DNA of 63,383 nucleotides, filler included, from Deltaproteobacteria bacterium (lineage in GTDB: Bacteria; JACQOV01), in NCBI GenBank assembly GCA_016202395.1. It is 4 parts of 4 records of this genome, joined end to end, with 100 filler letters (N's around TTAATTAATTAA, not from the genome) between each part and the next. Parts side by side here need not be neighbours in the genome. Positions count along the whole stretch, not along the records: positions 1 to 25,408 come from JACQOV010000054.1; positions 25,509 to 52,262 come from JACQOV010000055.1; 2 more parts are not named here. One strand, written 5' to 3'. A program made the position numbers and the translations under genes. The notes below the pieces were generated by a model. That model saw only the letters and a list, made by a program, of their open reading frames with translations. It did not search any database and was not told where the DNA came from. Below are positions 18,904-27,850 of the stretch, piece by piece; position 1 is the first letter of the stretch, and the number at the start of each line of letters is the position of its first letter.

Positions 18904-20072
18904 CGTTTTTCCATTCTATTGATGAGTTGATTACGTAACTCCTTGGATCCCACGGCCGACTTTGACAGCGCTTCAAGCGCGGCGGAGAGATGTTTTCCGA
19001 TCGTCTCCACCGCAGTGACGAGAGCTTCATCATTCAAGCCAAATCCACTCCCCATATTCAATAAATGCTTGGGTTGCAGTTTAGCGATTTCAAGATTCCT
19101 GATTCCACTCACTGTGAGAGCAACAGATTGGTATTCCGGGCACACGGACGACGCGACCAGATCGTAAGCGGGCGTTAGACGGAGTCCATCACGGGTGTGA
19201 AACATGGCAACATTCTTGAAGTGCACATCGGTATTGCCCATAAGCAAACATGCCAAGATGCGCTGTAAAAGACGATCCGCCTCTGCCGGAATGCATCCCG
19301 GTGTATCGAGGATGAACTTTCCCATCTCTTCATAGGCGCCGTCATATTTATCGTTGTCTGAGCGCCGGCCTAAGAGCTGGTTAAATTCCTCAAAATGAAT
19401 GCGCTTAATCGACTTGCGGGTGACAGTACGATCAAAACGAGGGATGACGAGTGTCTGTTCCTTGATCGATGAAACGGTAGCAATCTCCATATCCACCACA
19501 TCGTCGTTAGGCAATAGTACGCGCATAGCCTGAGTGGTCAGATATTCCAACTCAATCAGGCCGGCCAAATTGCCGGAAGGCAGCTTAGCAATATGCGTGC
19601 TCAGCTCGTCAGGGCCCACCGGTCTATACTGCCTGCCATCCTTCACTACAAGCAACTTACGTTGCACACCGGACAAAGAGGCCCTTCCCGAAAGCGCTGC
19701 CAAGGTAGCGCCATCGGCATGATCCAGGGGCTTGTGCTTTCGCGGCTCCGGGTCGACGACCGAAATGGCTCCGGCAAGATCAAGCCCAAAGCCTAATAGC
19801 AACGCAAAGTGGTTGCTGGGGTCTACCCCTAAGACTTTTGCCTGAGCCTTTCTAAGCCACCCCTCGGCGACCAGATTATCGAAGAATGAATGAAGCCCAC
19901 GCTCGGAAATATGAGGCCCCGACTGCAGTGGCAAAGTATAGGCAATGGCCGGCTGCATGGCTTCGAGATAAGAGGGATCATAGCCAAATACAACTCTGCC
20001 ACTGGGCTCTTCCTGCAGCCTTCCAACGTATATATCTTTAAAGTAAATATTACCCCAAAGTGTCTCCGCCAT
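18828..20072 (-). CDS. hipA: HipA-family Ser/Thr kinase toxin
   Basis: N-terminal FFDNLVAEGW, SLSGVQRK, IAKLP, RFDR, IHFEEF, GNTDVHFKN, LTPAYD. Confidence 0.9.
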   Translation of the reverse strand: MAETLWGNIYFKDIYVGRLQEEPSGRVVFGYDPSYLEAMQPAIAYTLPLQSGPHISERGLHSFFDNLVAEGWLRKAQAKVLGVDPSNHFALLLGFGLDLAGAISVVDPEPRKHKPLDHADGATLAALSGRASLSGVQRKLLVVKDGRQYRPVGPDELSTHIAKLPSGNLAGLIELEYLTTQAMRVLLPNDDVVDMEIATVSSIKEQTLVIPRFDRTVTRKSIKRIHFEEFNQLLGRRSDNDKYDGAYEEMGKFILDTPGCIPAEADRLLQRILACLLMGNTDVHFKNVAMFHTRDGLRLTPAYDLVASSVCPEYQSVALTVSGIRNLEIAKLQPKHLLNMGSGFGLNDEALVTAVETIGKHLSAALEALSKSAVGSKELRNQLINRMEKRWNGRFKLTGQLLSKRQSKGAKAKD

Positions 20073-20130
20073 ATAAAGTATATTTTATGCAAATAGGGTG
20101 AAAATAGCAAGTGTATAAATAAGAGTAGAT

Positions 20131-21024
20131 TTATATGGAGGCGCCGCCAGCATCTACAAAAGCAATAAATTCCACGATCTGTGGGCGAAGCTCGTTGATA
20201 ACAGTTTGAAACGGCGGAAGATTCGGGACCAGCGGACCCAACCACGACTCCCACGTTTTTTCTACGTAGGCCAGCATCGTGTCCTGGAAAAAGTCCTCTG
20301 GCCCTTTAAAAGTTACGTTGCGGATGGCGCATTTGTCGCGGAGGAACGAGGAGAAATCGGAAAGTTCCAACTCGGTCTTGTATGTTCCCAGTACGCGCCA
20401 GAGATCGTAATAATCGCGGGCCCGTGAACGGCTCCAACCCCGACGCTCCAATTTTTCCATGTGTTGTAAAATAGCACGCAGTTTTTCAGCAATAATCTCT
20501 TCCAAGGCATAGACTTGGATGTGGGCATTAAACGGCTCGCCATATTCGTGGAGAATCTTTTTTTTGCGCGGGGGCATCAAGACCGTCTCATCTATGGCGG
20601 TTTCGATCATCACCCGCGTGTGGAGTTCCCGTTGCCAGGGAAAGCGGGCACGAATCGTGAAGGCCTCTTGCCCGCTCGGATGTGGATCCTTTGCAGTGTA
20701 GCGTTCGCAGACAATCTCCACCGGGGCATACTCCTCGAGCAATTGCTTGGCAGATGCACAGGCTTGTTCGACGGCGATCTTCATTGCCTCACCGGTGGGC
20801 ACACCCTCCAATCCGGAGAAATCGAGATCTTCCGAAAAGCGGTAATCACCGAAGTAGCATTTTTTGAGAGCCGTGCCACCTTTGAAGATCAACGTTTCTT
20901 TCAACGTACCCACTTCCATCAAACCCGCAAGAATCCAGGAGAGCAGATAATCCCGTTCCAGGACCTCCCACGGGAGCCCCCGTTGCTTTCGGGCTTCTTG
21001 CAAGCGTGTGCGTAATGGCTTCAT
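20131..21024 (-). CDS. AbiEii-family nucleotidyltransferase toxin (type IV TA)
   Basis: ERDY, FKGGTALKK, RFSEDLDF, AEKLRA, RARDYYD. Start taken at MKPL (21024), giving an ATGA overlap with the upstream gene. Confidence 0.9.
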   Translation of the reverse strand: MKPLRTRLQEARKQRGLPWEVLERDYLLSWILAGLMEVGTLKETLIFKGGTALKKCYFGDYRFSEDLDFSGLEGVPTGEAMKIAVEQACASAKQLLEEYAPVEIVCERYTAKDPHPSGQEAFTIRARFPWQRELHTRVMIETAIDETVLMPPRKKKILHEYGEPFNAHIQVYALEEIIAEKLRAILQHMEKLERRGWSRSRARDYYDLWRVLGTYKTELELSDFSSFLRDKCAIRNVTFKGPEDFFQDTMLAYVEKTWESWLGPLVPNLPPFQTVINELRPQIVEFIAFVDAGGASI

Positions 21025-21857
21025 CGTGTCATTCTTCCCGGCAAGTTCTGCTGGATCATCCACTGGCGATTGCAAGGTCCCTTGCGGGGACCCGTTGGAT
21101 CGAGCGTGCGATAATCCTTAACTCGAACCTCCCTAAGAGACTGCAGCCGGGTGATTTCAATCCCTCGTCGTTCTAAGATCCATCCAAGGCGCTTGGCGAT
21201 TACCGCATCCAACCTCAAAGCATATTCAATAATCCGATCTATATTCAAATGATTGCCATGCATTTCAAACGCATGCAGCACTTCTGCAAAGTCACCACAG
21301 TACTGCGGCATCCTAAGTCCATCAATGAGTGTTCTCTCTGGGTCCGTGATCGTAACACGGGTCTCTCCAATCCAAACCTTTTCGGTGCCAAAAAATCGCT
21401 CCGGCTTGACGCGAACAAATTGGTATGTGGTATGACTCATAGGGTAGCCGGACCGACCTGCTATCCGCTTCCCTCGCAGACGAGGAATCTCAGTGTCGGT
21501 GGTTGTCAACACAAAGACCGTGCGTGGCACTTGTTCTGTCAAGCCATGATGATGAAGTGCGGACCAATGCGAAATTGCAGCAGGGTTGACCAAAGCCATC
21601 GCGATCTCAAAGTCGTGGGCGGGGGTAACCCCTGGCACAGTGGAGGCAATAGCGTAGAGCCCCCGATGGAGCCGGACCACCCATCCCCCCTTGGCCAGAT
21701 GGTGGAGGGCTTCACTGACATAGCTGTTCGATAGCCCTACGGCCGGAGCTAGGGCACGTGCCCGATCCACTGTAAAAATAAGGTCGCCTTCACCTACGAG
21801 CTTGCGGATCAGCTCCAACCCCGATCCACTATGGATTGGATTTTCTGTGGTTACCAT
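21021..21857 (-). CDS. AbiEi-family antitoxin / transcriptional regulator (type IV TA)
   Basis: N-terminal wHTH with RLHRGLY, ISHWSALHHHGLTEQ, TDPERTLID; translationally coupled to AbiEii. Confidence 0.88.
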   Translation of the reverse strand: MVTTENPIHSGSGLELIRKLVGEGDLIFTVDRARALAPAVGLSNSYVSEALHHLAKGGWVVRLHRGLYAIASTVPGVTPAHDFEIAMALVNPAAISHWSALHHHGLTEQVPRTVFVLTTTDTEIPRLRGKRIAGRSGYPMSHTTYQFVRVKPERFFGTEKVWIGETRVTITDPERTLIDGLRMPQYCGDFAEVLHAFEMHGNHLNIDRIIEYALRLDAVIAKRLGWILERRGIEITRLQSLREVRVKDYRTLDPTGPRKGPCNRQWMIQQNLPGRMTR

Positions 21858-21872
21858 AGATAGATATATTAA

Positions 21873-21903
21873 GGCAATAATTTGATAATATCAAATTATT
21901 ACC
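21873..21903. promoter_or_regulatory. Palindromic operator upstream of abiEi
   Basis: AATAATTTGATA-A-TATCAAATTATT perfect 12-bp arms (21876-21900). AbiEi antitoxins autoregulate through inverted repeats. Confidence 0.65.
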
Positions 21904-22006
21904 ATAAATTATCTATTAACTATGAATCAAAAGCAAAAAATATGTTGCCCTATACGAAGGCAACAAATATATTGACATTGAGTTCAAAACTTGCCATTCT
22001 TAGAGC

Positions 22007-22702
22007 ATGGAGATCATCCCGAAAGCCGCAGCTCTAGTTTTAGATTGCATTCGTGGGCACACGGACCCTTTTTGTTTGGCGGGTGGAACAGGGCTTTCTC
22101 TGTTTTATCTCCAGCATCGTGTCAGTTTTGATCTGGATCTGTTTAACAATGGAGGTAACTTTTCTCGTTATCAAGAAATCCTGCGTGTATGGGAGCAAGG
22201 GGGGTTCACTGTAGAACCTCCTAGAGAAATTTCTGGAGGAGAGCATCCGGTCTTACGGAGCCGGCTTTGGAAAAAGGCAGAAGAGATTAAGGTGGACTGG
22301 ATTGACGATCCCGTTCCTTTAGCGTCACCGCCTAAAGATTTTGATGGAATTCGGGTCATGGGGATTGACGACATCTACTATCGGAAAATCCTGATTGGCG
22401 TCACAGAAGGTCAGACCCGTCGTTTCTTGCGTTTCGAGGCGCGAGATGTCCTCGATCTCTACGCTCTCTCTCACCAACATCAAAAACTTTCCCAACGACT
22501 CGTTCGAGGCGGATATAACTCACAAGCGGCGAGGAATCTCCACTGGTGGTTATCTCGGTTTCCCAAACGAGACATTCAAGAGGAGATCAAAATCACCCAA
22601 TATCAGTTGGAAACATCGAGCGAAGTGATCTTGGATCATCTGAAGGAGGAGATCGAAGAGGCCTTGAGCGCTCTTTTAAAAAGAGAGGGATTAAAGGGAT
22701 GA
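22007..22702 (+). CDS. AbiEii-like nucleotidyltransferase
   Basis: LAGGTGL, HRVSFDLDLF, K..., RDVLDLY; TTGACA-N17-CATTCT promoter just upstream (21972-22000). Confidence 0.8.
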   Translation: MEIIPKAAALVLDCIRGHTDPFCLAGGTGLSLFYLQHRVSFDLDLFNNGGNFSRYQEILRVWEQGGFTVEPPREISGGEHPVLRSRLWKKAEEIKVDWIDDPVPLASPPKDFDGIRVMGIDDIYYRKILIGVTEGQTRRFLRFEARDVLDLYALSHQHQKLSQRLVRGGYNSQAARNLHWWLSRFPKRDIQEEIKITQYQLETSSEVILDHLKEEIEEALSALLKREGLKG

Positions 22703-23235
22703 CACACCCCATTTGGCATGCTTCAGGATTAAGCCCCGCGGAGGTGAAAAAGATCCTTTCCGATCCAAAATATCCTCGTTTTGGAAAGCTTGCGGCCAGT
22801 CTTCTATCGGCCACTTTAGAGATAAAGGAATTATCTCGTTGGATCTCTCCCCGAATCTTAGCCGAAAATTACGATCGAAAGATCCGCAGACATCTTTCCC
22901 AAGGAAGGCTTCGTCATGATACCGATCTCATCGTCCGAGCGATCCAAAAGCAAATCCCTGGGGTCAAAGGCAGGAAGGATAGAGTTTCAGAAGTTCCTTC
23001 CCTGAGGGCTTATACGGATTCTCAGGTGATGGGGCAGCGGTTGCGTGGCTATCGACGTGATGTCGCAAAGCTGTCCGCCCAAAACCTTGCGAAACGGATG
23101 GGAGTATCGAGGCAAAGGGCCCTCGACATCGAAAAAGGGAGATCCTCGATGACACTGAACACCCTTTTTCGCTATATCGAAGCAGCAGGGGGATCCGTGA
23201 GTATCCAGCTTAATTCGAGATCCCTTTACGGATAG
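22699..23235 (+). CDS. Probable antitoxin with C-terminal XRE HTH
   Basis: ATGA-coupled to the upstream NTase; LSAQNLAKRMGVSRQRALDIEKG HTH. Confidence 0.7.
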   Translation: MTHPIWHASGLSPAEVKKILSDPKYPRFGKLAASLLSATLEIKELSRWISPRILAENYDRKIRRHLSQGRLRHDTDLIVRAIQKQIPGVKGRKDRVSEVPSLRAYTDSQVMGQRLRGYRRDVAKLSAQNLAKRMGVSRQRALDIEKGRSSMTLNTLFRYIEAAGGSVSIQLNSRSLYG

Positions 23236-24022
23236 AGACGACCTCCATCACAATGGAGGGGGCGCCGGGGGGCCCCACCGTCCCTTGATATTTTACAAAA
23301 CGATAGGGGGGCTCCTTAGAAAACCAGAAGTAAAAGTCATCTGTGAATGCGGAGGCCACCATTGAAACGAGACCATGGATCGGCATAACACTCTTGAGAT
23401 CCACCGACATCTTAAAACGATAACACTGAAAAGTCCCCGCAGGAACGGTGACAGCCTCGCTCCCAACCCTTTCAACATACATGCGAGAGGCCTGCTCTTC
23501 ACCAATATAAAAATAAAATTCCCTCTTTCCTGAAGACTGCGGCGCTGCTGCAAATCCACTGAGAGCAAAAGACAACGGAAGCCCGTACGTATTGGAAGGG
23601 AGTTTAGTGGCAGGATCCGCCATCGCAACATCGTATTGGAGGATCTCACTACCGCTGGGGCTGTACATCTTCCGAGAATAAGTTAAAGGGATTAAGCTCT
23701 CTCCTGCGCGATAAGTGGATTCAGCGATGATCTGGGTTCCGTCCTTTAGCACTGCCTCCTCGGAGGCATACAAAAGCCCCTCCCCTTCTTTCTCAAACCT
23801 TCGAATCACCTTTCTTCCATAGTACCCTTCCCACCGATCCCACTTGCTTTTTCGCTCCCCTTGCCCTGGCTCAATAATCCGCGTCCGATAAGTGATGATC
23901 GTCTCGGGGTCCTCTACCCAAGGAACCGGCAGAAACACCGATTCCGTCCACGCGGAAACACACAGACACAAAATAGAGACAAAATTAAAAGCTATTTTTT
24001 GCCATGCCTTCATCTTAATCAA
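23210..24022 (-). CDS. Exported protein, DUF3108-like
   Basis: Signal-like N-terminus; E.VTVPAGTF.C and FWFS..P...VK motifs. Confidence 0.6.
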   Translation of the reverse strand: MIKMKAWQKIAFNFVSILCLCVSAWTESVFLPVPWVEDPETIITYRTRIIEPGQGERKSKWDRWEGYYGRKVIRRFEKEGEGLLYASEEAVLKDGTQIIAESTYRAGESLIPLTYSRKMYSPSGSEILQYDVAMADPATKLPSNTYGLPLSFALSGFAAAPQSSGKREFYFYIGEEQASRMYVERVGSEAVTVPAGTFQCYRFKMSVDLKSVMPIHGLVSMVASAFTDDFYFWFSKEPPYRFVKYQGTVGPPGAPSIVMEVVSIRKGISN

Positions 24023-24869
24023 TAAACCAACCGAGGGTGGGAGTAACGGTCAACATAAGGCCGTTGAAATCTGCGTCCGGAGAGCTGACACCCTCTCCAA
24101 AGCTACCGTTGAGGTCTCCCATATTTGTCCAGAAGTAACTTGCCTCGAACTCCACACCAGCCCATCTATTAATTTTGTACAATACCCCCATGTGCGGCTG
24201 CAAAACAAAGAATCCACCCCGGATCTTCTCATCAAAATTCGTAGTCGAAGGCCCGTTAAGCTGTAGGTTGTAACCTCCACCTCCCATCAATCCACCCAAA
24301 GCCCACTCCGTCCTTCTCCACTGAAATACATAATCAAGGATTACTCCTCCATAGCCCATTCCGAATTTGAGTTGGGTCGTTGTGCCGCCTCTGGAGCCCT
24401 CCTCCGACTTTGGGAAGGCTCCATACCCTCCTCCCCCGATTCGGAAATGTCGATTCAAAGTGCCGTACCCTCTACCACCAATCGTAATGATATTGTCACT
24501 TAAAGTCGGTAAGCCAGCTGCCTGAGCCGCGTTATTTATTTCGTTGAAACTCGTGAAAAGATAACCTGTTGACGCACCTCCAGCCCCACCATAATTGCGG
24601 AATCCCCTCGCCAAATCATCTTCGGTTTTGTCCCAAGCCCTCTCCACTTTTTCCAAAATGATCTCGGTTCCTTCTCTAATAAATCGGTCCTCTTCTTCCT
24701 CAGAATCTTTCTCGGCCGGCTCACCCGTCTTGATTGGATCTAACTCTCTTTCATCATCGGTATCCTCTTGGGCGATAAAAAGATTTTGATCGTCTGCAAG
24801 TGTGAGAGCCGGTCCCCAAAGCATAAAGGCCAATATCGATAACAGGTAGAGGATATTTCTGAATAACAT
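24015..24869 (-). CDS. Putative outer-membrane beta-barrel protein
   Basis: Signal peptide ending LTLA, acidic linker, alternating Gly/aromatic strands, C-terminal TPTLGWFID; start chosen at MLFRN after a GAGG RBS. Confidence 0.65.
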   Translation of the reverse strand: MLFRNILYLLSILAFMLWGPALTLADDQNLFIAQEDTDDERELDPIKTGEPAEKDSEEEEDRFIREGTEIILEKVERAWDKTEDDLARGFRNYGGAGGASTGYLFTSFNEINNAAQAAGLPTLSDNIITIGGRGYGTLNRHFRIGGGGYGAFPKSEEGSRGGTTTQLKFGMGYGGVILDYVFQWRRTEWALGGLMGGGGYNLQLNGPSTTNFDEKIRGGFFVLQPHMGVLYKINRWAGVEFEASYFWTNMGDLNGSFGEGVSSPDADFNGLMLTVTPTLGWFID

Positions 24870-24908
24870 TTTTCCCACCTCTCTTCTTGAATAAAGCAAA
24901 TTGGGCGA

Positions 24909-25408
24909 TCAGTTCCCCAAATGGATCTCCTCAGGATCATAAGTTGTATAAAAACTCTCCATCTCTTCAATCACCCGACCCCTTAAATTCTCAGCCTCGA
25001 ACCAAACGCGATGCTTCTCACCTAGTGAAGCTGCCTCCACGTCGATGAATGTAAACCACCGATCGCGATACCACATAACCCCCGCAAAATCGTCGTGCCG
25101 AAAATACCAGTGGGCTCCATCTCCCAGATTGATCTGGATCGATCGGCTAATCTCTTTTGTGGAGGCCTCAGAGAGCTCCAGCCAAAAACGCTCCGTTTCT
25201 TCAGGGCTTTTAAACTGAAGAATACGAACAAATACTTTTCGGAAGGTGGTATGAAAATCCGCCTGCCAGGCTTTTTCTATCGTTAAAGGGAAATTCCCAA
25301 TCCCATCGATCGCAAGATTATGAATCTCACGAACCCCTCCTTTGACTAGATCCAATTCTTTGAGGCTCAGCTTCTTTAAACGTTTCTCATCCAGATCTCC
25401 CAAAGGGA
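24909..25408 (-). CDS. Hypothetical protein, 5'-truncated at contig edge
   Basis: Open frame of about 165 codons running to the gap; co-oriented with the two downstream genes. Confidence 0.55.
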
Positions 25409-25508
25409 NNNNNNNNNNNNNNNNNNNNNNNNNNNNNNNNNNNNNNNNNNNNTTAATTAATTAANNNNNNNNNNNNNNNNNNNNNNNNNNNNNNNNNNNN
25501 NNNNNNNN
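25409..25508. other. Artificial contig linker
   Basis: N44-TTAATTAATTAA-N44 with stops in all six frames; identical to the other two linkers. Confidence 0.97.
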
Positions 25509-25515
25509 CTGTCCA

Positions 25516-26673
25516 ATGGCACGAGCGGAGGTGAGCTATGTCCATTCGGATCATTTGGGTTCGACGAGTGTGGCGACGAACGAGGGTGGGAATGTTCAGC
25601 AAGCTTCAATCTATTCCCCTTACGGTGAAGTTCTCAAAGATCTCAAAGCCGGCGGCATCCAAGCCACGGCGCATCTCTACACCGGCCAAGAACTCGACCC
25701 CGAATCCGCTCTCTACAACTACGTCGCCCGGTGTTATGATTCTGTGCTTTCCCGCTTCACCAGCATCGATCCTGTACAAGGGAATCTCCCGTATGCCTAC
25801 GCCAATAACCGCCCGAATCTCTTTATTGATCCCGATGGGAAAGACCCTGGGCTTGACCTTTTACTGTTGGGAGCTGAAAGTGGCCCCCCTTCGTTCGAGA
25901 ACTTTTTTCTGAGAGATCACCTGGGTAATCTGGTTAGCACCCCAATGGCCTTTAGCCTGGAGGAGATAGGGAATTTTAGGCCACTCCATGCTGTTGATGC
26001 GGCAATAGTTGGTCAGAAACAGTTGATCGTCCGAAACGCCTTCTCGGGGCGAGACTTGCCTTCCGATGCATTGATTAGCCGTCATCTTGGGGGATTGACA
26101 ACAGGAGGGCAAGATACGATTGGGGTGGTCATGAATGCAAATGGGGAGTACGTTGTTTTTCAAGGGCAACATCGGCTGGTGGCCTTGCTGCGCGATGCTT
26201 ACACCGTCTATCCCGTCGAGGAGGGATTTCTCACACTAGAGCAGCAAATGTATCTCCAAGCTCGCAGAATCACGATACAGGTGTTCAAATTTGAGTTCGT
26301 GAGTGAGGGCAATGCCGCGCTAACAGCTGCCAGTGCGCATTTTCAACAGCGATGGGGACGTCCGTTTCCCAGGATGGTCGACGCTGCGATCCACGGAAAG
26401 GTTACCGTCGGGGGTTTTAAAGGGGCAGCGACCCGAGCGGCTGGTCCTATTAGCTCCGCCTTTGCTCTCTATTTTGCCTGGAAGGGGTATCAGGAGACCG
26501 CTGAAGCAACCCGTGGAAATCCTTCCTTAGGATTGTCTGGTGGTTTGTTAGGTGCCACCGGGATTCCCGCGTTTTTTGAGGCCGCTGGAGCCGATTTTTA
26601 CCAAATGATTGGAAGCCTCTGCGCGTTGGGTGGGGGATGCAATTCGACTGAAAGAGATCAACAAGCAGAGTAA
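25516..26673 (+). CDS. Rhs cartridge 1 (5'-truncated): end of signal peptide + Rhs core + ParB/Srx-like C-terminal domain
   Basis: Contig starts at CPMARA|EVSYVHSDHLGS (cf. SCPMAHA in cartridge 2); YTGQELD, ARCYD, DPDG at 25828-25839; C-terminus has GEYVVFQGQHRLVAL. Confidence 0.85.
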   Translation: MARAEVSYVHSDHLGSTSVATNEGGNVQQASIYSPYGEVLKDLKAGGIQATAHLYTGQELDPESALYNYVARCYDSVLSRFTSIDPVQGNLPYAYANNRPNLFIDPDGKDPGLDLLLLGAESGPPSFENFFLRDHLGNLVSTPMAFSLEEIGNFRPLHAVDAAIVGQKQLIVRNAFSGRDLPSDALISRHLGGLTTGGQDTIGVVMNANGEYVVFQGQHRLVALLRDAYTVYPVEEGFLTLEQQMYLQARRITIQVFKFEFVSEGNAALTAASAHFQQRWGRPFPRMVDAAIHGKVTVGGFKGAATRAAGPISSAFALYFAWKGYQETAEATRGNPSLGLSGGLLGATGIPAFFEAAGADFYQMIGSLCALGGGCNSTERDQQAE

Positions 26674-26675
26674 AC

Positions 26676-26696
26676 GGGGTCCGGCTTCGGTGATTC
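26676..26696 (+). repeat. 21-bp module-boundary motif, copy 1 of 7
   Basis: GGGGTCCGGCTTCGGTGATTC, 2 nt after the cartridge 1 stop. Other copies start at 27263, 28883, 30238, 32153, 32819 and 34042. Confidence 0.85.
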
Positions 26697-26720
26697 ACGA
26701 AAAATTTGGAAAGGGTAAGC

Positions 26721-26945
26721 TTAAACGCGTATCGCTTTTTCAATGGGGAGATTCTCAATGCTGATATTCGCAAGGTCTTCAAAACTGAGTCGCTTACTGA
26801 CATCTAAAATTTCAATGCCAACGGCATGTCGATTTTTATCGAGATCTACTGAAATTCCCTCCTCGAGGTCGATGTTATCGTCAACCTCGGCCTCACGAAG
26901 TTGGATGTATAAGGCGTCTGCTTCGTTATCGTATTCGATCTTCAT
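26721..26945 (-). CDS. DUF2283-family antitoxin
   Basis: MKIEYDxEADALYI...DLD...VGIEILD signature. Confidence 0.88.
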   Translation of the reverse strand: MKIEYDNEADALYIQLREAEVDDNIDLEEGISVDLDKNRHAVGIEILDVSKRLSFEDLANISIENLPIEKAIRV

Positions 26946-27226
26946 AATAACTTCACCTCCTTTGGAGGTCTCTTTTTCATGACAGCCGTAATGATAAAAA
27001 ACTCATCGTTCTCTTCAACATACGTTGTTTTTAAAAAGCCATCCGATGTCTTGAGCCACACACCCATTTTTCCTTCGGTCGATCTTTCCACAGCATCAGG
27101 GTTCCGAATAGATTCCTCTACCTTTTTGGGATCGATTTTTCTCCACCGCATTCGGTTCTTTGCATGCCTCGAGTATCGGATCCGATTCACTTTGCTAAAT
27201 ATAGCGTTTTCAAAGATATTAAACAA
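26942..27226 (-). CDS. DUF4258-family (RelE/BrnT-like) toxin; true start may be GTG at 27190
   Basis: YSRHAKNRMRWRKI...I.NPD...IITA; coupled to DUF2283. Confidence 0.8.
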   Translation of the reverse strand: MFNIFENAIFSKVNRIRYSRHAKNRMRWRKIDPKKVEESIRNPDAVERSTEGKMGVWLKTSDGFLKTTYVEENDEFFIITAVMKKRPPKEVKLL

Positions 27227-27262
27227 GCCGCCGGATTCTCACAGGTTTGATGAATTAGTCTT

Positions 27263-27319
27263 GGGGTCTGGCTTCGGTAATTCGGTATTGAGGGAGAGTG
27301 CATGAAACGATGGTTTGTG
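27263..27319 (+). repeat. 57-bp boundary motif + RBS + leader start, duplicated at 30238-30294
   Basis: GGGGTC(T/C)GGCTTCGGTAATTCGGTATTGAGGGAGAGTGCATGAAACGATGGTTTGTG; 56/57 identical. Confidence 0.9.
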
Positions 27320-27379
27320 AGCATAGGGTTTGTGGGGTTGATAGCATGGCAGGAGGCCTCGGCGGAGGTGAGCTATTTT
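27302..27379 (+). pseudogene. Truncated Rhs cartridge: complete signal peptide + AEVSYF only
   Basis: MKRWFVSIGFVGLIAWQEASA|EVSYF, then similarity stops and a DUF2283 gene follows on the opposite strand. Confidence 0.8.
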
Positions 27380-27398
27380 TACAGTGAAAAAATGCAAA

Positions 27399-27623
27399 CT
27401 ACCGTGCAGCTCGGATATCCGATTCTAGTTCATAACCCACCGGCAGGAGGTTCTGAAGATTCAAGTGTTCAGAGGCTCCTAGGATTTCAATCCCTACAAT
27501 CTGGTCGTTCTCACCCATGTCGAGCACCACGTCCTCTGAGACCCTCTTATTTATCACAGGCTGATCTCGATCATCTAGGCGAAGATAGAGCAAATCGGTC
27601 TTGGAGTTATAATGAATCTGCAT
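27399..27623 (-). CDS. DUF2283-family antitoxin
   Basis: MQIHYNSKTDLLYLRL...DMGE..IVGIEIL.AS signature. Confidence 0.85.
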   Translation of the reverse strand: MQIHYNSKTDLLYLRLDDRDQPVINKRVSEDVVLDMGENDQIVGIEILGASEHLNLQNLLPVGYELESDIRAAR

Positions 27624-27625
27624 TT

Positions 27626-27715
27626 TTAATCCTTGATAACATCGTGGATTTCATCCTCACTTGCCCCGCGTTCTTGCGCCCTTTTCAACGTGTGCGGATC
27701 GATTTGAACGTCCAT
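27626..27715 (-). pseudogene. Truncated DUF4258-like toxin (29 aa)
   Basis: Hand-translated MDVQIDPHTLKRAQERGASEDEIHDVIKD*, the H..R..ERG...EI..V N-terminus of the family, directly upstream of DUF2283. Confidence 0.7.
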
Positions 27716-27850
27716 TCAGGGTTTGGCTCCATTTCCGATCAAATCATGGTAAGTTCTACCCACAAGAGGCAATGTAGCAGAGGTGTCTCATGAAAACAAG
27801 GATTGATAACTGTGACAGAAGGGGTCAGTTTTAAGTTTTTAAGTAACGCC

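Noticed and set aside
25409..25508. TTAATTAATTAA palindrome in N runs as a biological site
   Set aside because: The identical 100-nt construct occurs three times; it is an all-frame-stop contig spacer.
27302..27793. 163-aa ORF as a real gene
   Set aside because: Only the first 26 codons are cartridge-like; the rest is the antisense of a DUF2283 gene and a toxin remnant.
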